Positions 9,117 to 18,892 of a stretch of 64,000 bases of DNA are shown piece after piece; position 1 is the first letter of the stretch, and each line of letters opens with the position of its first letter. A program made the position numbers and the translations under genes. The notes below the pieces were generated by a model. That model searched no databases. It was not told the DNA's origin and was given only the letters and a program-made list of their open reading frames with translations. The stretch is from Minisyncoccota bacterium (GTDB taxonomy: Bacteria > Patescibacteriota > Minisyncoccia > Phycocordibacterales > UBA1006): positions 123,429 to 187,428 of the forward strand of contig DASWYC010000002.1 in assembly GCA_036405175.1 (NCBI GenBank). The letters are read 5' to 3'.

Positions 9117-12074
9117 ATGAAGCAGGAATTTGACCCGAAAGCGTTCGAGAAAAAATGGCAGGATTACTGGCAAGAAAACGGCACCTACTCAACCAATTTT
9201 GAATCATCAAAACCAAAGAAATATATTCTGGATATGTTTCCCTATCCATCAGGGGCAGGACTCCATGTAGGACATCCTCGTGGATATATTGGAACGGATG
9301 TGTACTCACGTTTCCAACGCATGAAAGGGTTTGAAGTGCTTCACCCTATGGGATTTGATGCGTTTGGTCTGCCGGCAGAAGAGTATGCACTCAAAATGAA
9401 AACAACACCGCAGCTTTCGGTGTCACAAAATATTCAACGATATAAACAGCAGCTTGAAATTATGGGAGTTGATTACGATTGGTCAAACATGGTCTCAACG
9501 ACTGATGAGCAATTCTATAAATGGACACAGTGGATCTTTTTGGAGTGTTACAAAAAAGGACTCGCATATGAATCAAATGAACCGATCAACTGGTGTCCAA
9601 GTTGTAAGACGGGTCTTGCTAATGAAGATTTAAATAGTGATGGAACCTGTGAGCGCTGTGGAACGTTGGTTGAAAAAAAACCACTCAGACAGTGGGTATT
9701 AAAAATTACTGACTACGCAGATAAATTATTGACTGGACTTGATACACTTCCATTATGGCCGGACTTTGTTAAAGAATCGCAGCGCAATTGGATTGGAAAA
9801 AGTGAAGGAAGTGAATTTGTATTTAAATTAGTTGACGCAAACGGTAACGGGCTCGAAGAATCACTTACCGTATTTACTACACGTGCAGATACGTTGTTTG
9901 GGGTGACGTATGTGGTTGTTGCACCAGAACATGCATTGGTGACGAATAGTGCGATTGTAAATAAGCACGAAGTACTTGGCTATCAAGAATCTGCATTTAA
10001 GAAAAATGAAATTGAGCGTTCAAATCAAACTCTTGAAAAAACTGGCGTGAAAGTCGACGGTGTATTTGCCGTGCATCCTGCAACGGGTGAGCATATTCCG
10101 GTATATGTTGCTGATTATGTAATTGGATCATATGGAACGGGAGCCGTGATGGGTGTTCCTGCGCATGATGAACGTGATTTTGCGTTTGCAAAAAAATATA
10201 ACATTCCTGTTAAAAAGGTAGTATTTATTGAAAATGGTGATCGTCGTGAGAATGAAGAATTTAGAAATGGAGGTTGTGGTGTTATTTTTGATCCTGCCAC
10301 ACAAAAATATGCAGTAGCTAAGTGGAATGATGACGGGCGAGTATTGTTGTTTGCTGGAGGCGTTGATGATGGAGAAGATGTACACGATGGAGTATTAAGA
10401 GAAGTAAAAGAAGAAAGTGGTCTGTATGATATTAAGCACTTTGAATGGGTTGATACGGCTTACGCTCACTACTTTAATAAAGCGAAAAATGTAAATCGTG
10501 TTGCACGTGCTGAGTGCTATTTGGCTATTCTTAATTCTGCCGATGCGCAAGAAGTTCATCGGGAGCCTCATGAGAATTTTGAGTTAGTATGGATGAGTGC
10601 CCAAGAAATCTTAAATCATTGGATTGAAAAAAATGATTCAGGCTTACATCACTACATTCATTTCTTTAAGCAGGCGGTTGCTCGAGCTATTGAACTTGGT
10701 CATGATGCCGTGTCCTCTTCAAAAGTTTTTGCGGCAAACGCATTTTGTGATGATGGAATAGTTGAATTAGAATCAGGCGTAAATGGAATTACGTCTGAAG
10801 AAGCTCGCATAAAAATTACCGAACAATTTGGAAAGAAAGTTGTTAATTATAAAATTCGTGATTGGACATTTTCTCGTCAGCGTTATTGGGGTGAACCAAT
10901 TCCTCTTGTGTTTGACGCTAATCATAAAGCATATCCACTTCATATGAGTGAGCTTCCAGTAACACTTCCGAACGTTGAATTTTACGAGCCAACAGGAACC
11001 GGAGAATCGCCACTTGCGAACATTTCTGAATGGATGAATGTTGAAGGATATGTAGCCGAAGATGGGTCTGTGAAAACCATTAAAGAAGGAGAGTCTGCAC
11101 CCACAGGTGTAGCGGTTCAAAAGTTTACACGTGAATCAAACACCATGCCAGGATGGGCAGGTTCATCGTGGTATTACATCCGCTATATTGATATGAATAA
11201 TGACAATGAATTTATCAGCAAAGAGCGCGAACAAAAATGGTTGCCGGTTGATATGTATGTTGGTGGTGTTGAGCACGCAACACGTCACCTTATCTATGCA
11301 CGCTTTTGGCATAAAGTACTCTTTGATCTTGGATTTGTTCACACCGAAGAACCATTTACCGTTTTGAAAAACCAAGGACTCATTATGGCAAGCGATGGTC
11401 GCAAGATGAGTAAGCGTTGGGCGAATGTGGTAAATCCGGATGACGTAATTGCAATGTTCGGAGCTGATGCGTTCCGCATGTTTGAGCTCTTTATTGCACC
11501 ATTTGATCAAACAACACCGTGGCAAGATGATGGCGTAGTGGGAACCCGCCGATTCCTTGAACGTGTGCACAAATTAATGATTGCTGATCATAAAGAAGGG
11601 GAAGAGTCTGCAGAAGTGCTTAAAGCGCTCCATAAATCAATTAAGAAACTCACCGACGGTATTGAAAATTTTGCATTCAACACGTGCGTTTCTGATTTGA
11701 TGATTACCTTGAAGGTGCTTGAAAAACAGGAAGATGGGGTAACTGTTGAGGCTAAAAAAATCTTTGCACAGTTGTTGGCACCAATGGCACCACATGCAAC
11801 CGAAGAATGGTGGCGTATGTTGGGTGAAGAAACATCAATTCACAATAGTGCATGGCCTCAGTATGATGAGAAGTATCTTGTTGATGATGAAATGACTATT
11901 GCAGTCCAGATTAACGGAAAAGTTCGTGCGACCGTAGTCATTGCTGCTGATGCAGATGAAGCTGCGGTGCGTGAATTAGTATATGCACAAGAAGCGGTTC
12001 AAAAATATACTACAGGGGTTGAGATTAAGAAGGAAATGTATATTCCAGGAAAGATTTATACGATTGTAATCTAA
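9117..12074 (+). CDS. leuS: Leucine--tRNA ligase with inserted Nudix hydrolase domain
   Basis: MFPYPSGAGLHVGH, SRQRYWGEPIP, KMSKR, AVQINGKVR; Nudix box GGVDDGEDVHDGVLREVKEESGL. Confidence 0.97.
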   Translation: MKQEFDPKAFEKKWQDYWQENGTYSTNFESSKPKKYILDMFPYPSGAGLHVGHPRGYIGTDVYSRFQRMKGFEVLHPMGFDAFGLPAEEYALKMKTTPQLSVSQNIQRYKQQLEIMGVDYDWSNMVSTTDEQFYKWTQWIFLECYKKGLAYESNEPINWCPSCKTGLANEDLNSDGTCERCGTLVEKKPLRQWVLKITDYADKLLTGLDTLPLWPDFVKESQRNWIGKSEGSEFVFKLVDANGNGLEESLTVFTTRADTLFGVTYVVVAPEHALVTNSAIVNKHEVLGYQESAFKKNEIERSNQTLEKTGVKVDGVFAVHPATGEHIPVYVADYVIGSYGTGAVMGVPAHDERDFAFAKKYNIPVKKVVFIENGDRRENEEFRNGGCGVIFDPATQKYAVAKWNDDGRVLLFAGGVDDGEDVHDGVLREVKEESGLYDIKHFEWVDTAYAHYFNKAKNVNRVARAECYLAILNSADAQEVHREPHENFELVWMSAQEILNHWIEKNDSGLHHYIHFFKQAVARAIELGHDAVSSSKVFAANAFCDDGIVELESGVNGITSEEARIKITEQFGKKVVNYKIRDWTFSRQRYWGEPIPLVFDANHKAYPLHMSELPVTLPNVEFYEPTGTGESPLANISEWMNVEGYVAEDGSVKTIKEGESAPTGVAVQKFTRESNTMPGWAGSSWYYIRYIDMNNDNEFISKEREQKWLPVDMYVGGVEHATRHLIYARFWHKVLFDLGFVHTEEPFTVLKNQGLIMASDGRKMSKRWANVVNPDDVIAMFGADAFRMFELFIAPFDQTTPWQDDGVVGTRRFLERVHKLMIADHKEGEESAEVLKALHKSIKKLTDGIENFAFNTCVSDLMITLKVLEKQEDGVTVEAKKIFAQLLAPMAPHATEEWWRMLGEETSIHNSAWPQYDEKYLVDDEMTIAVQINGKVRATVVIAADADEAAVRELVYAQEAVQKYTTGVEIKKEMYIPGKIYTIVI

Positions 12075-12077
12075 AAT

Positions 12078-12779
12078 ATGAAAATCCTCTGGTGGAATGT
12101 TGGTCATGCATTTTTTGAAAAGCCTTCAAATTTTATAAAACTCTACAAAGGAGAAACGATGGATTGTTTTTATGATCCGCTCCATGGACCGGCACTTTCA
12201 GCATGGATCGCACAAGAAAATTATGATGTGGTATGTTTAACCGAAATTACTTCTGCAAAAGATTTAGAATCATTTAATCTTCCTGAATACAAATATAAAG
12301 ATTGGATTCCATCAGCATCGCATGCTCATGGGCGAGCTGTACTCAGTAAAATTCCTTTTATTAAAACCACTAAACAATACGGAAACTATAACGTTGCGGC
12401 ATATGATATAGGAGATGCTGTAATTATTCCGGTGCATTTTCATTGGGCAGATACAAAAATCAGAATGGATGAGGTGATTTCTGCGATTCAGTGTATTAAT
12501 GAGCAGGTAAAGCCAGTGCTTTTGGTGGGTGATTTTAATATGTGGTCATTTATGAGCACGCGACAAGTTTGGAAGGGAGATAGAAAAACATTTAGGATGT
12601 TAAATCGTGAATTGTTTGAACTAACTCAACATATTACAACTACTGAAATGATTCCTGGTATGAAACTTGATTATGTATTTACACAATCAGATAATGTAGA
12701 AATGTTTACCGTTGAGCGTGCTAAAAACTATCCAAAGCTTGGCATGGATCACAAGCCTTTGACTATTGAGATTATATAA
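12078..12779 (+). CDS. Endonuclease/exonuclease/phosphatase family protein
   Basis: WWNV, DVVCLTE, LVGDFN, KLDYVF and MDHKP motifs. Confidence 0.8.
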   Translation: MKILWWNVGHAFFEKPSNFIKLYKGETMDCFYDPLHGPALSAWIAQENYDVVCLTEITSAKDLESFNLPEYKYKDWIPSASHAHGRAVLSKIPFIKTTKQYGNYNVAAYDIGDAVIIPVHFHWADTKIRMDEVISAIQCINEQVKPVLLVGDFNMWSFMSTRQVWKGDRKTFRMLNRELFELTQHITTTEMIPGMKLDYVFTQSDNVEMFTVERAKNYPKLGMDHKPLTIEII

Positions 12780-12843
12780 TTGACAATGAGGATCTTTGAT
12801 CGTACACTAAAATTCATCGTTCAATTTTAAAAAATTTATATCA

Positions 12844-13353
12844 ATGAAAAATCAGATTACGAAAGAGCAGGCTGTTTTGAGACGAAATAGCATGATCCAA
12901 TCTATCGAATCAGGCAATTGCTTGCCGACTCTTGAAAACATTTTCAAGACAATTGAGAATCCTTATCGAACCAAGCTGGATGGTAGTCTCAAAAACAGGT
13001 CGTTAGTATGGATTAATAAGATCCTATTAGAAGAGTATTTAGAAAATGGCGAATTCACTGGAGATCGGAATTATATTTTTGATTCACAGCATAAAGTGAC
13101 CATTCCAAAGTTCAAGAGAGAACAACTTAAGTATCCAAGTCATCAGTTTCAATTGACGTGGAAAACAGTAAAAGGTCATGACTATATACTCACGATCCAT
13201 TGTAGTTCAGAAGGAGAAAGTAAGCCCTTACTGCTGGTATCTGCATTGCAATTAAAACCCAAAGAAAAGAAAAAAATTAATACAACACATCTTGAAACTC
13301 TTAAATCAACATGCAAGATGTGGAATATGGAGTTGTCAGTCGCAGCTGCATAG
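12844..13353 (+). CDS. Orphan hypothetical protein
   Basis: 169-aa ORF with own TTGACA-N17-TACACT promoter (12780) and downstream hairpin (13377-13402). Confidence 0.6.
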   Translation: MKNQITKEQAVLRRNSMIQSIESGNCLPTLENIFKTIENPYRTKLDGSLKNRSLVWINKILLEEYLENGEFTGDRNYIFDSQHKVTIPKFKREQLKYPSHQFQLTWKTVKGHDYILTIHCSSEGESKPLLLVSALQLKPKEKKKINTTHLETLKSTCKMWNMELSVAAA

Positions 13354-13433
13354 TTGTTGTGGGATTTTTAATCCATAAAAGTCAACGAGAAGTTGACTTT
13401 TATTTTTTACTAATATAGATATAGAATGGACAT

Positions 13434-13886
13434 ATGAATTACTGGCTCATGAAAACCGAACCATCAACATATAGTATTGATGATCTTAAAAAAGATAAAA
13501 TTACGTCATGGGAAGGCGTACGAAATTATCAAGCACGTAATTATATGATGCATGATATGCAGGTGGATGATCTGGTACTTGTTTATCATTCAAATACTGA
13601 TGAAATTGGTGTGGTTGGTATTGGAAAAGTTGCTACTAAGGCTTATCCAGATAAGACTCAATTTGATCCACAAAGTGATTATTATGATCCTAAATCAACC
13701 AAAGAAAACCCGCGATGGTGGTGCGTTGATATTGGATTTGTTGAAAAATTTCCTAAGATTTTAACGTTGAATAAAATCAAAAGCTGTCCTGAGTTATCCA
13801 ATATGGTAGTAGCTCAAAAAGGTTCACGGCTTTCAATTACTCCGGTTGAGAAAAAACATTTTGAAGGCATACAAAAGAGATGCTAA
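13434..13886 (+). CDS. EVE domain-containing protein
   Basis: MNYWLMKTEP, WEGVRNYQARN, YYDPKS, RLSITPV. Confidence 0.93.
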   Translation: MNYWLMKTEPSTYSIDDLKKDKITSWEGVRNYQARNYMMHDMQVDDLVLVYHSNTDEIGVVGIGKVATKAYPDKTQFDPQSDYYDPKSTKENPRWWCVDIGFVEKFPKILTLNKIKSCPELSNMVVAQKGSRLSITPVEKKHFEGIQKRC

Positions 13887-13946
13887 TACCTACTTAGCAA
13901 AACAAAGTCCTGACAGAAAACTTGCTTTTTGATATACTCAAACTAT

Positions 13947-14369
13947 ATGAAATCATTTATCGCTAAATATAATCTGTATCTTATTTTTGGAGTTTCGCTC
14001 TTGGCAATGCTCGGAAGTCTCTTTTTTAGTGAAGTAATGGATTTGCCACCATGTGTATTGTGCTGGTATCAGCGCATTGCACTCTATCCAATGGTAATTT
14101 TATCAGCTATTGCAATCTATAAGAAATCAAGAGAAGTATATAGCTATATGCTAGGGCTTTTGATTCCCGGATTCCTTATTTCGCTTTATCATAACTTACT
14201 CTACTATAAAATACTTCCAGAAAGCGTGTCTCCATGCACGGCGGGGGTATCATGTACGACCAAATTCTTTGAGTGGTTTGGCTTCATTACCATTCCTTTG
14301 CTTGCATTTGCTGCATTTGTTATACTGATCCTACTTGTGGTGAAAGGAAAAAATCGCCAAAGTAACTAA
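13947..14369 (+). CDS. dsbB: Disulfide bond formation protein B (DsbB/BdbC)
   Basis: GSLFFSEV, PCVLCWYQRI, second Cys pair, four TMs. Confidence 0.9.
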   Translation: MKSFIAKYNLYLIFGVSLLAMLGSLFFSEVMDLPPCVLCWYQRIALYPMVILSAIAIYKKSREVYSYMLGLLIPGFLISLYHNLLYYKILPESVSPCTAGVSCTTKFFEWFGFITIPLLAFAAFVILILLVVKGKNRQSN

Positions 14370-14376
14370 TATATTT

Positions 14377-15105
14377 ATGAAGAATGAAACAAAAATTATT
14401 ATTGGAATTGTAATTGCAGCTGTTGCAATACTCATAGTTGGAGCATTTGTGTTCTCAAAGAATGCCGTGCAAGACGAAGTAGTATCAAATGAGCCAGTTG
14501 CAATGGATATTTTGGTAAAACCAAACAGTCATACCACGGGACTTTCTCAAGGAGAAAGTAAGGTAACCCTGGTTGAATTTGCAGACTTTGAGTGTCCTGC
14601 ATGTGCTTATGCTCATCCAATGACAAAAAAGATTATGAAGGATTATGCTGATAAGATCACTTTGGTGTATCGTAACTTCCCGCTTCATATAAATTCTAAT
14701 CTTGCAATCTATGCGGCCGAGGCTGCAGGTGAGCAAGGTAAGTTCTGGGAAATGCATGATAGATTGTTCGAAGGACAGCAATCATGGACCGGCAAGCCTA
14801 CTAAAGAAGTGAAAGAAATCTTTGGTCAGTATGCAACAGAAATTGGACTGGATGTTACAAAGTTCAAGGATGTAATGGATAGCAAAAAGTACGATAACTT
14901 GATTGAGTCAGATAAGAAAGACGGAAACACTGCTGGTGTGGGAGGAACTCCAACATTCTTCTTGAACGGTAAGCGTCTTGAAGGAGGCGTGCCAACAGAA
15001 GCTGGTTTGCGCAAGCTTATTGATGAAGCACTCAAGGCTAAAGTTCCAGCAACTCCAACTGCAGAAATTGGAAACATTGAAGTTGAAGCAGTTCCTGCTC
15101 AATAA
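14377..15105 (+). CDS. dsbA: DsbA/BdbD-like thiol-disulfide oxidoreductase
   Basis: N-terminal TM, EFADFECPAC, YRNFPL, GTPTFFLNG. Confidence 0.9.
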   Translation: MKNETKIIIGIVIAAVAILIVGAFVFSKNAVQDEVVSNEPVAMDILVKPNSHTTGLSQGESKVTLVEFADFECPACAYAHPMTKKIMKDYADKITLVYRNFPLHINSNLAIYAAEAAGEQGKFWEMHDRLFEGQQSWTGKPTKEVKEIFGQYATEIGLDVTKFKDVMDSKKYDNLIESDKKDGNTAGVGGTPTFFLNGKRLEGGVPTEAGLRKLIDEALKAKVPATPTAEIGNIEVEAVPAQ

Positions 15106-15225
15106 TCAATTGAAAAACCTTAGCGAAAGCTCGGGTTTTTGTTTACTTGATAAAAAGTAGCTTGAATAGTATCCTGTATCTAGAAGTGTAGTTTCTAGTA
15201 ATAACCTTTAAAAAATTATTGTCAC

Positions 15226-15333
15226 ATGAGAAAGTTTACTGCTATTAGTTCGGCCATTGTGGTGGCTTTGGCGGTCTGCTTCTTTAAAGATAGTAGATCA
15301 GGTATATATAAGTTGTTTTTATCAAAAAGCTGA
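15226..15333 (+). CDS. Putative 35-aa small membrane peptide (not in the ORF track)
   Basis: MRKFTAISSAIVVALAVCFFKDSRSGIYKLFLSKS*, preceded by a promoter-like sequence and a TAACCTTTAAAA leader, followed by hairpin 15358-15384. Confidence 0.4.
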   Translation: MRKFTAISSAIVVALAVCFFKDSRSGIYKLFLSKS

Positions 15334-15460
15334 TTTCTAAAATGTTTTGCAGGTAAGAAATAGTCCTTTCAGAAGGACTATTTTAATATATCTTTATTTG
15401 GCGACCATGCCACTGCCTGGTCAAGGTGTGGAAAGAAGGTCCATTGCTATACTAAATACC

Positions 15461-18400
15461 ATGTCGGAAGATACGCTCTCAAAACCATCTTCATTTGTGC
15501 ATTTGCACTGTCATACGCACTACTCGCTCCTTGATGGACTTAACAAAATTCCGGATCTCGTAAAAAAATGTAAAGAATTTAATATGGGTGCGTGTGCAAT
15601 TACTGACCATGGAAACATGCACGGTGCGCTTGAGTTTTATAAGGAATGTAATAAGCATGGCGTAAAGCCAATCATTGGTCTTGAAGCATATGTGGCAAAT
15701 CGTAGCCGCTTTGATAAAGATGCCGGAATTGATAATAAGCGTTTCCATTTAACCTTGCTTGCAAAAAATGAACAAGGATACAAAAACTTGATGAAAATTT
15801 CTTCAAAGGCATTTCTTGAAGGATATTACTATAAGCCTCGTGCAGATAAGGAATTACTTAAACAATACGGTGAAGGAATTATTTGTCTTACCGGATGTCC
15901 GGGATCAGAATTTATTTTTTATCTTAAGAACGGTGATCGTGCAAAAGCAGAAGGGCTCGTTGATTTTTATGTTGAGATTTTTGGACACGAACATGTATTT
16001 GTTGAAATCATGCGCCACGATGAGGTTGATTGGTATGTGCCTCTTAAAGATACGATTTTTGAAATTGCCCTCAAAAAAGGTTTGCAAGTTGTTGCTACGT
16101 GGGATTCTCACTATACGTGTAAAGAAGATCATCCAATTCATGATGTTCTTTTGGAAATTAATACCAATAATAAAGAATTTAAACTCACCGGAGATTATCA
16201 CTTTATCAATGAACACGAAGCACATGAAATCTATGAGGGCTTTGGTGACGCCGTAGTAAATACTACTAAAGTTGCAGACTTGGTAGATATTAAACTTGAT
16301 TTGGGTAATTGGTACTTCCCGCCGTTTCCTATTCCAGAAGGGGAAACACACGACTCACTGTTGCGTAAAAAAGTGTATGAAAAGGTTGAGTGGCGTTACA
16401 AAGAACTCACCGATGAAATTAAAGATCGTATTGAGCATGAGCTGGATGTGATCGCGTTTAAAGGGTTTTCAATTTACATTTTGATTGTGGCGGATCTTTT
16501 GGAGTATGCACACAATGAGGGAATTTTGACGAATATTCGTGGGTCAGTTGCAGGTTCTATTGTTACGTATTTGCTTGGAATTACGAGTGTTGATCCGCTC
16601 TACTTTAAACTTCCGTTTACCCGTTTTTTGAATCGTGAGCGTCCATCTGCGCCGGATATCGATATGGATATGGCGGATAACCGTCGTGATGACATGCTTG
16701 ACTATGCGCGCAGAAAGTACGGACGTGACGCTGTTGCACAGATTGGTACATTTGGAACTATGGCTGCGCGTGGTAGCGTGCGTGACGTTGCGCGTTCACT
16801 CGGTTATTCATATGAAACGGGAGATAAAATTTCTAAACTCATTCCACTTGGTCAGCAGGGGGCAACGATGACATTGGAAAAGGCACTCAAGATTGAACCG
16901 GACTTTAAAAAACTCTACGATTCAGATGCTGATGTTCGTAAGATTGTTGATATTGCAAAAAAGATTGAAGGTTCTGCGCGTCACGTGTCGGTTCATGCGG
17001 CGGGTGTGGTGATTTCTCCAACCGGAAATGTTGATGACTTTGCGCCGGTGCAGTTGGATCCAAAAGGGGGAAAGATTATTACACAGTACGATATGCACTA
17101 TGTTGAAGAGTCTGGTCTTATTAAGTTTGACTTCTTGGGACTCCGCAACTTGGGAATTCTTAAAGAGGCGCTCGATCGTGTAGAAAAAATTCGAGGTGTA
17201 GTGATTGATCTTGATAATCTTCCACAAAATGATCCAAAGACATTTGCTATGTTGGCGCGCGGAGAGACGGAAGGAGTATTCCAGCTTTCTGGAGGAGGAA
17301 TGACTAAATGGTTGATGGAACTTAAGCCATCAAACATAGATGATATTAACGCAATGGTTGCACTTTTTCGTCCGGGTCCAATGGATATGATTCCGGAATA
17401 TATTAAACGTAAACATAATCCAGCAAACGTACGTTTTGCAGATCCTCGTCTTAAAAATATTCTTGATCGTTCATATGGAGTGATTGTGTATCAGGATGAC
17501 GTGATGCTTATTTCTATTGAGCTTGCCGGATACAGCTGGCTTGAAGCGGATAAACTTCGTAAAGCAATGGGAAAGAAAATTCCGGAAGTTCTTCAGGCTG
17601 AAAAAGAAAAACTCATGAAAGGATTTGAAAAGAATGGCGTGAAAGCAGAAGTTATGGAAGAGTTGTGGGCGCAGATTGAACCGTTTGCAATGTATGGATT
17701 TAACAAAGCGCACGCAGCGTCGTATGGGCAATTGGCGTACCGTACGGCATATATGAAGGCGCATTATCCTCATGAATTTATGTCGGCAATTATGACTGCT
17801 GAATCCGGTGATCTTGAAAAGGTTGCAGATATTATCAATGAGTGTAAGCGCATGGGATTTCAGATCTTGCCGCCAGATGTTAATGAAAGTTATTCAGACT
17901 TTACGGTGGTGCTTGGTGAAGACAAGCAGCCAACCGATGAAATTCGCTTTGGGCTCAATAACGTTAAAAATCTTGGAGAAGATATTGGAAAGGCCATCAT
18001 TCATGAACGCAAAGCGGGTGGTAAGTTTACCTCATTCGAAAACTTCTTAGAGCGTGTGACGCATAAAAATTTGAATAAGAAATCATTGGAAGCACTTACG
18101 ATGTGTGGAGCATTGGATGAAATGATTGAGCGTAACGCCGTGCTTGCTAATATGGATACTATTTTAGCTTTCCATAAAGAATTAAAAGAAATGGGGAATG
18201 CACAAGATTCATTGTTTGGTGATTCTGCAGAAATAAAACCAAAGCTTCGATTGGCAGAAGTTGATCCGGTGTCGAAAGAGCGTATGTTGTTATGGGAAAA
18301 AGATTTGCTTGGATTGTATGTTTCCGGACATCCACTTGATAAATTTAAAGAGCGTCTTGTTAAGAGTAATAATTCAACCCAAAGAATCATGGAGCATGGC

Positions 18401-18655
18401 CGCCCTAACGAAGCAACTATTTTAGGTGGAATGATTAGTGCGATTAAAGAAGTAGTTACCAAAAAAGGAGATAAGATGGCTATTATTACGCTCACCGATT
18501 ATCACGGAACCATAGAGGCTGTTCTTTTCCCGGAAAGTTACAAAGAATTTAAAGATCTTTGCGTGCTGGATAGTGTGATTGCGGTGACCGGAAAAGTTAC
18601 CGAACGCAATGAGCAAAAAAATATTATTGTTGAGAAGGTAAAGCTTTTAGGGTAA
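15461..18655 (+). CDS. dnaE: DNA polymerase III subunit alpha
   Basis: PHP motifs FVHLHCHTHYSLLDG and AITDHGN; RGSVAGS, PDIDMD, KFDFLGL, YGFNKAHA; C-terminal OB fold. Confidence 0.98.
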   Translation: MSEDTLSKPSSFVHLHCHTHYSLLDGLNKIPDLVKKCKEFNMGACAITDHGNMHGALEFYKECNKHGVKPIIGLEAYVANRSRFDKDAGIDNKRFHLTLLAKNEQGYKNLMKISSKAFLEGYYYKPRADKELLKQYGEGIICLTGCPGSEFIFYLKNGDRAKAEGLVDFYVEIFGHEHVFVEIMRHDEVDWYVPLKDTIFEIALKKGLQVVATWDSHYTCKEDHPIHDVLLEINTNNKEFKLTGDYHFINEHEAHEIYEGFGDAVVNTTKVADLVDIKLDLGNWYFPPFPIPEGETHDSLLRKKVYEKVEWRYKELTDEIKDRIEHELDVIAFKGFSIYILIVADLLEYAHNEGILTNIRGSVAGSIVTYLLGITSVDPLYFKLPFTRFLNRERPSAPDIDMDMADNRRDDMLDYARRKYGRDAVAQIGTFGTMAARGSVRDVARSLGYSYETGDKISKLIPLGQQGATMTLEKALKIEPDFKKLYDSDADVRKIVDIAKKIEGSARHVSVHAAGVVISPTGNVDDFAPVQLDPKGGKIITQYDMHYVEESGLIKFDFLGLRNLGILKEALDRVEKIRGVVIDLDNLPQNDPKTFAMLARGETEGVFQLSGGGMTKWLMELKPSNIDDINAMVALFRPGPMDMIPEYIKRKHNPANVRFADPRLKNILDRSYGVIVYQDDVMLISIELAGYSWLEADKLRKAMGKKIPEVLQAEKEKLMKGFEKNGVKAEVMEELWAQIEPFAMYGFNKAHAASYGQLAYRTAYMKAHYPHEFMSAIMTAESGDLEKVADIINECKRMGFQILPPDVNESYSDFTVVLGEDKQPTDEIRFGLNNVKNLGEDIGKAIIHERKAGGKFTSFENFLERVTHKNLNKKSLEALTMCGALDEMIERNAVLANMDTILAFHKELKEMGNAQDSLFGDSAEIKPKLRLAEVDPVSKERMLLWEKDLLGLYVSGHPLDKFKERLVKSNNSTQRIMEHGRPNEATILGGMISAIKEVVTKKGDKMAIITLTDYHGTIEAVLFPESYKEFKDLCVLDSVIAVTGKVTERNEQKNIIVEKVKLLG

Positions 18656-18669
18656 AAAATAGTTAACAG

Positions 18670-18787
18670 CAATCCATAATCGCAGCGGCCTCTATCGGGC
18701 CTACGCTCAGCTGTCCATCATAGTCGCGCCAAAGCATTGCAACGGCGCTTCCTACCAGCGGTTTCCGCGACTGCTTGCATGGTATTG
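18670..18787 (-). repeat. Dispersed structured intergenic element, copy B
   Basis: Minus strand GCAGTCGCGGAA...GAAGCGCC..GGCGCGACTATGATGGACAGCTGAGCGTAGGCCCGATAGAGGCCGCTGC; shares a 27-nt exact match with copy A. Confidence 0.85.
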
Positions 18788-18892
18788 ATGGGGAACTTTT
18801 AAAATTCATTTCTAAAATCAAGCTCGCTGTGCGCATAGTATGATGCATATATAATTCACAAACGAATAGTTTGAGTACGCTATACTTATTAT

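Noticed and set aside
15347-15460. N-terminal extensions in the ORF track (dnaE, also trxB, priA, TrmB, rpmE and others)
   Set aside because: The extensions cross terminators, promoters or repeats; recognisable protein sequence begins at the downstream ATG.
15461-18655. Inteins or introns in dnaE or dnaB
   Set aside because: Both have normal length and contiguous motifs.
18663-18848. 61-aa minus-strand ORF
   Set aside because: It simply reads through repeat copy B.
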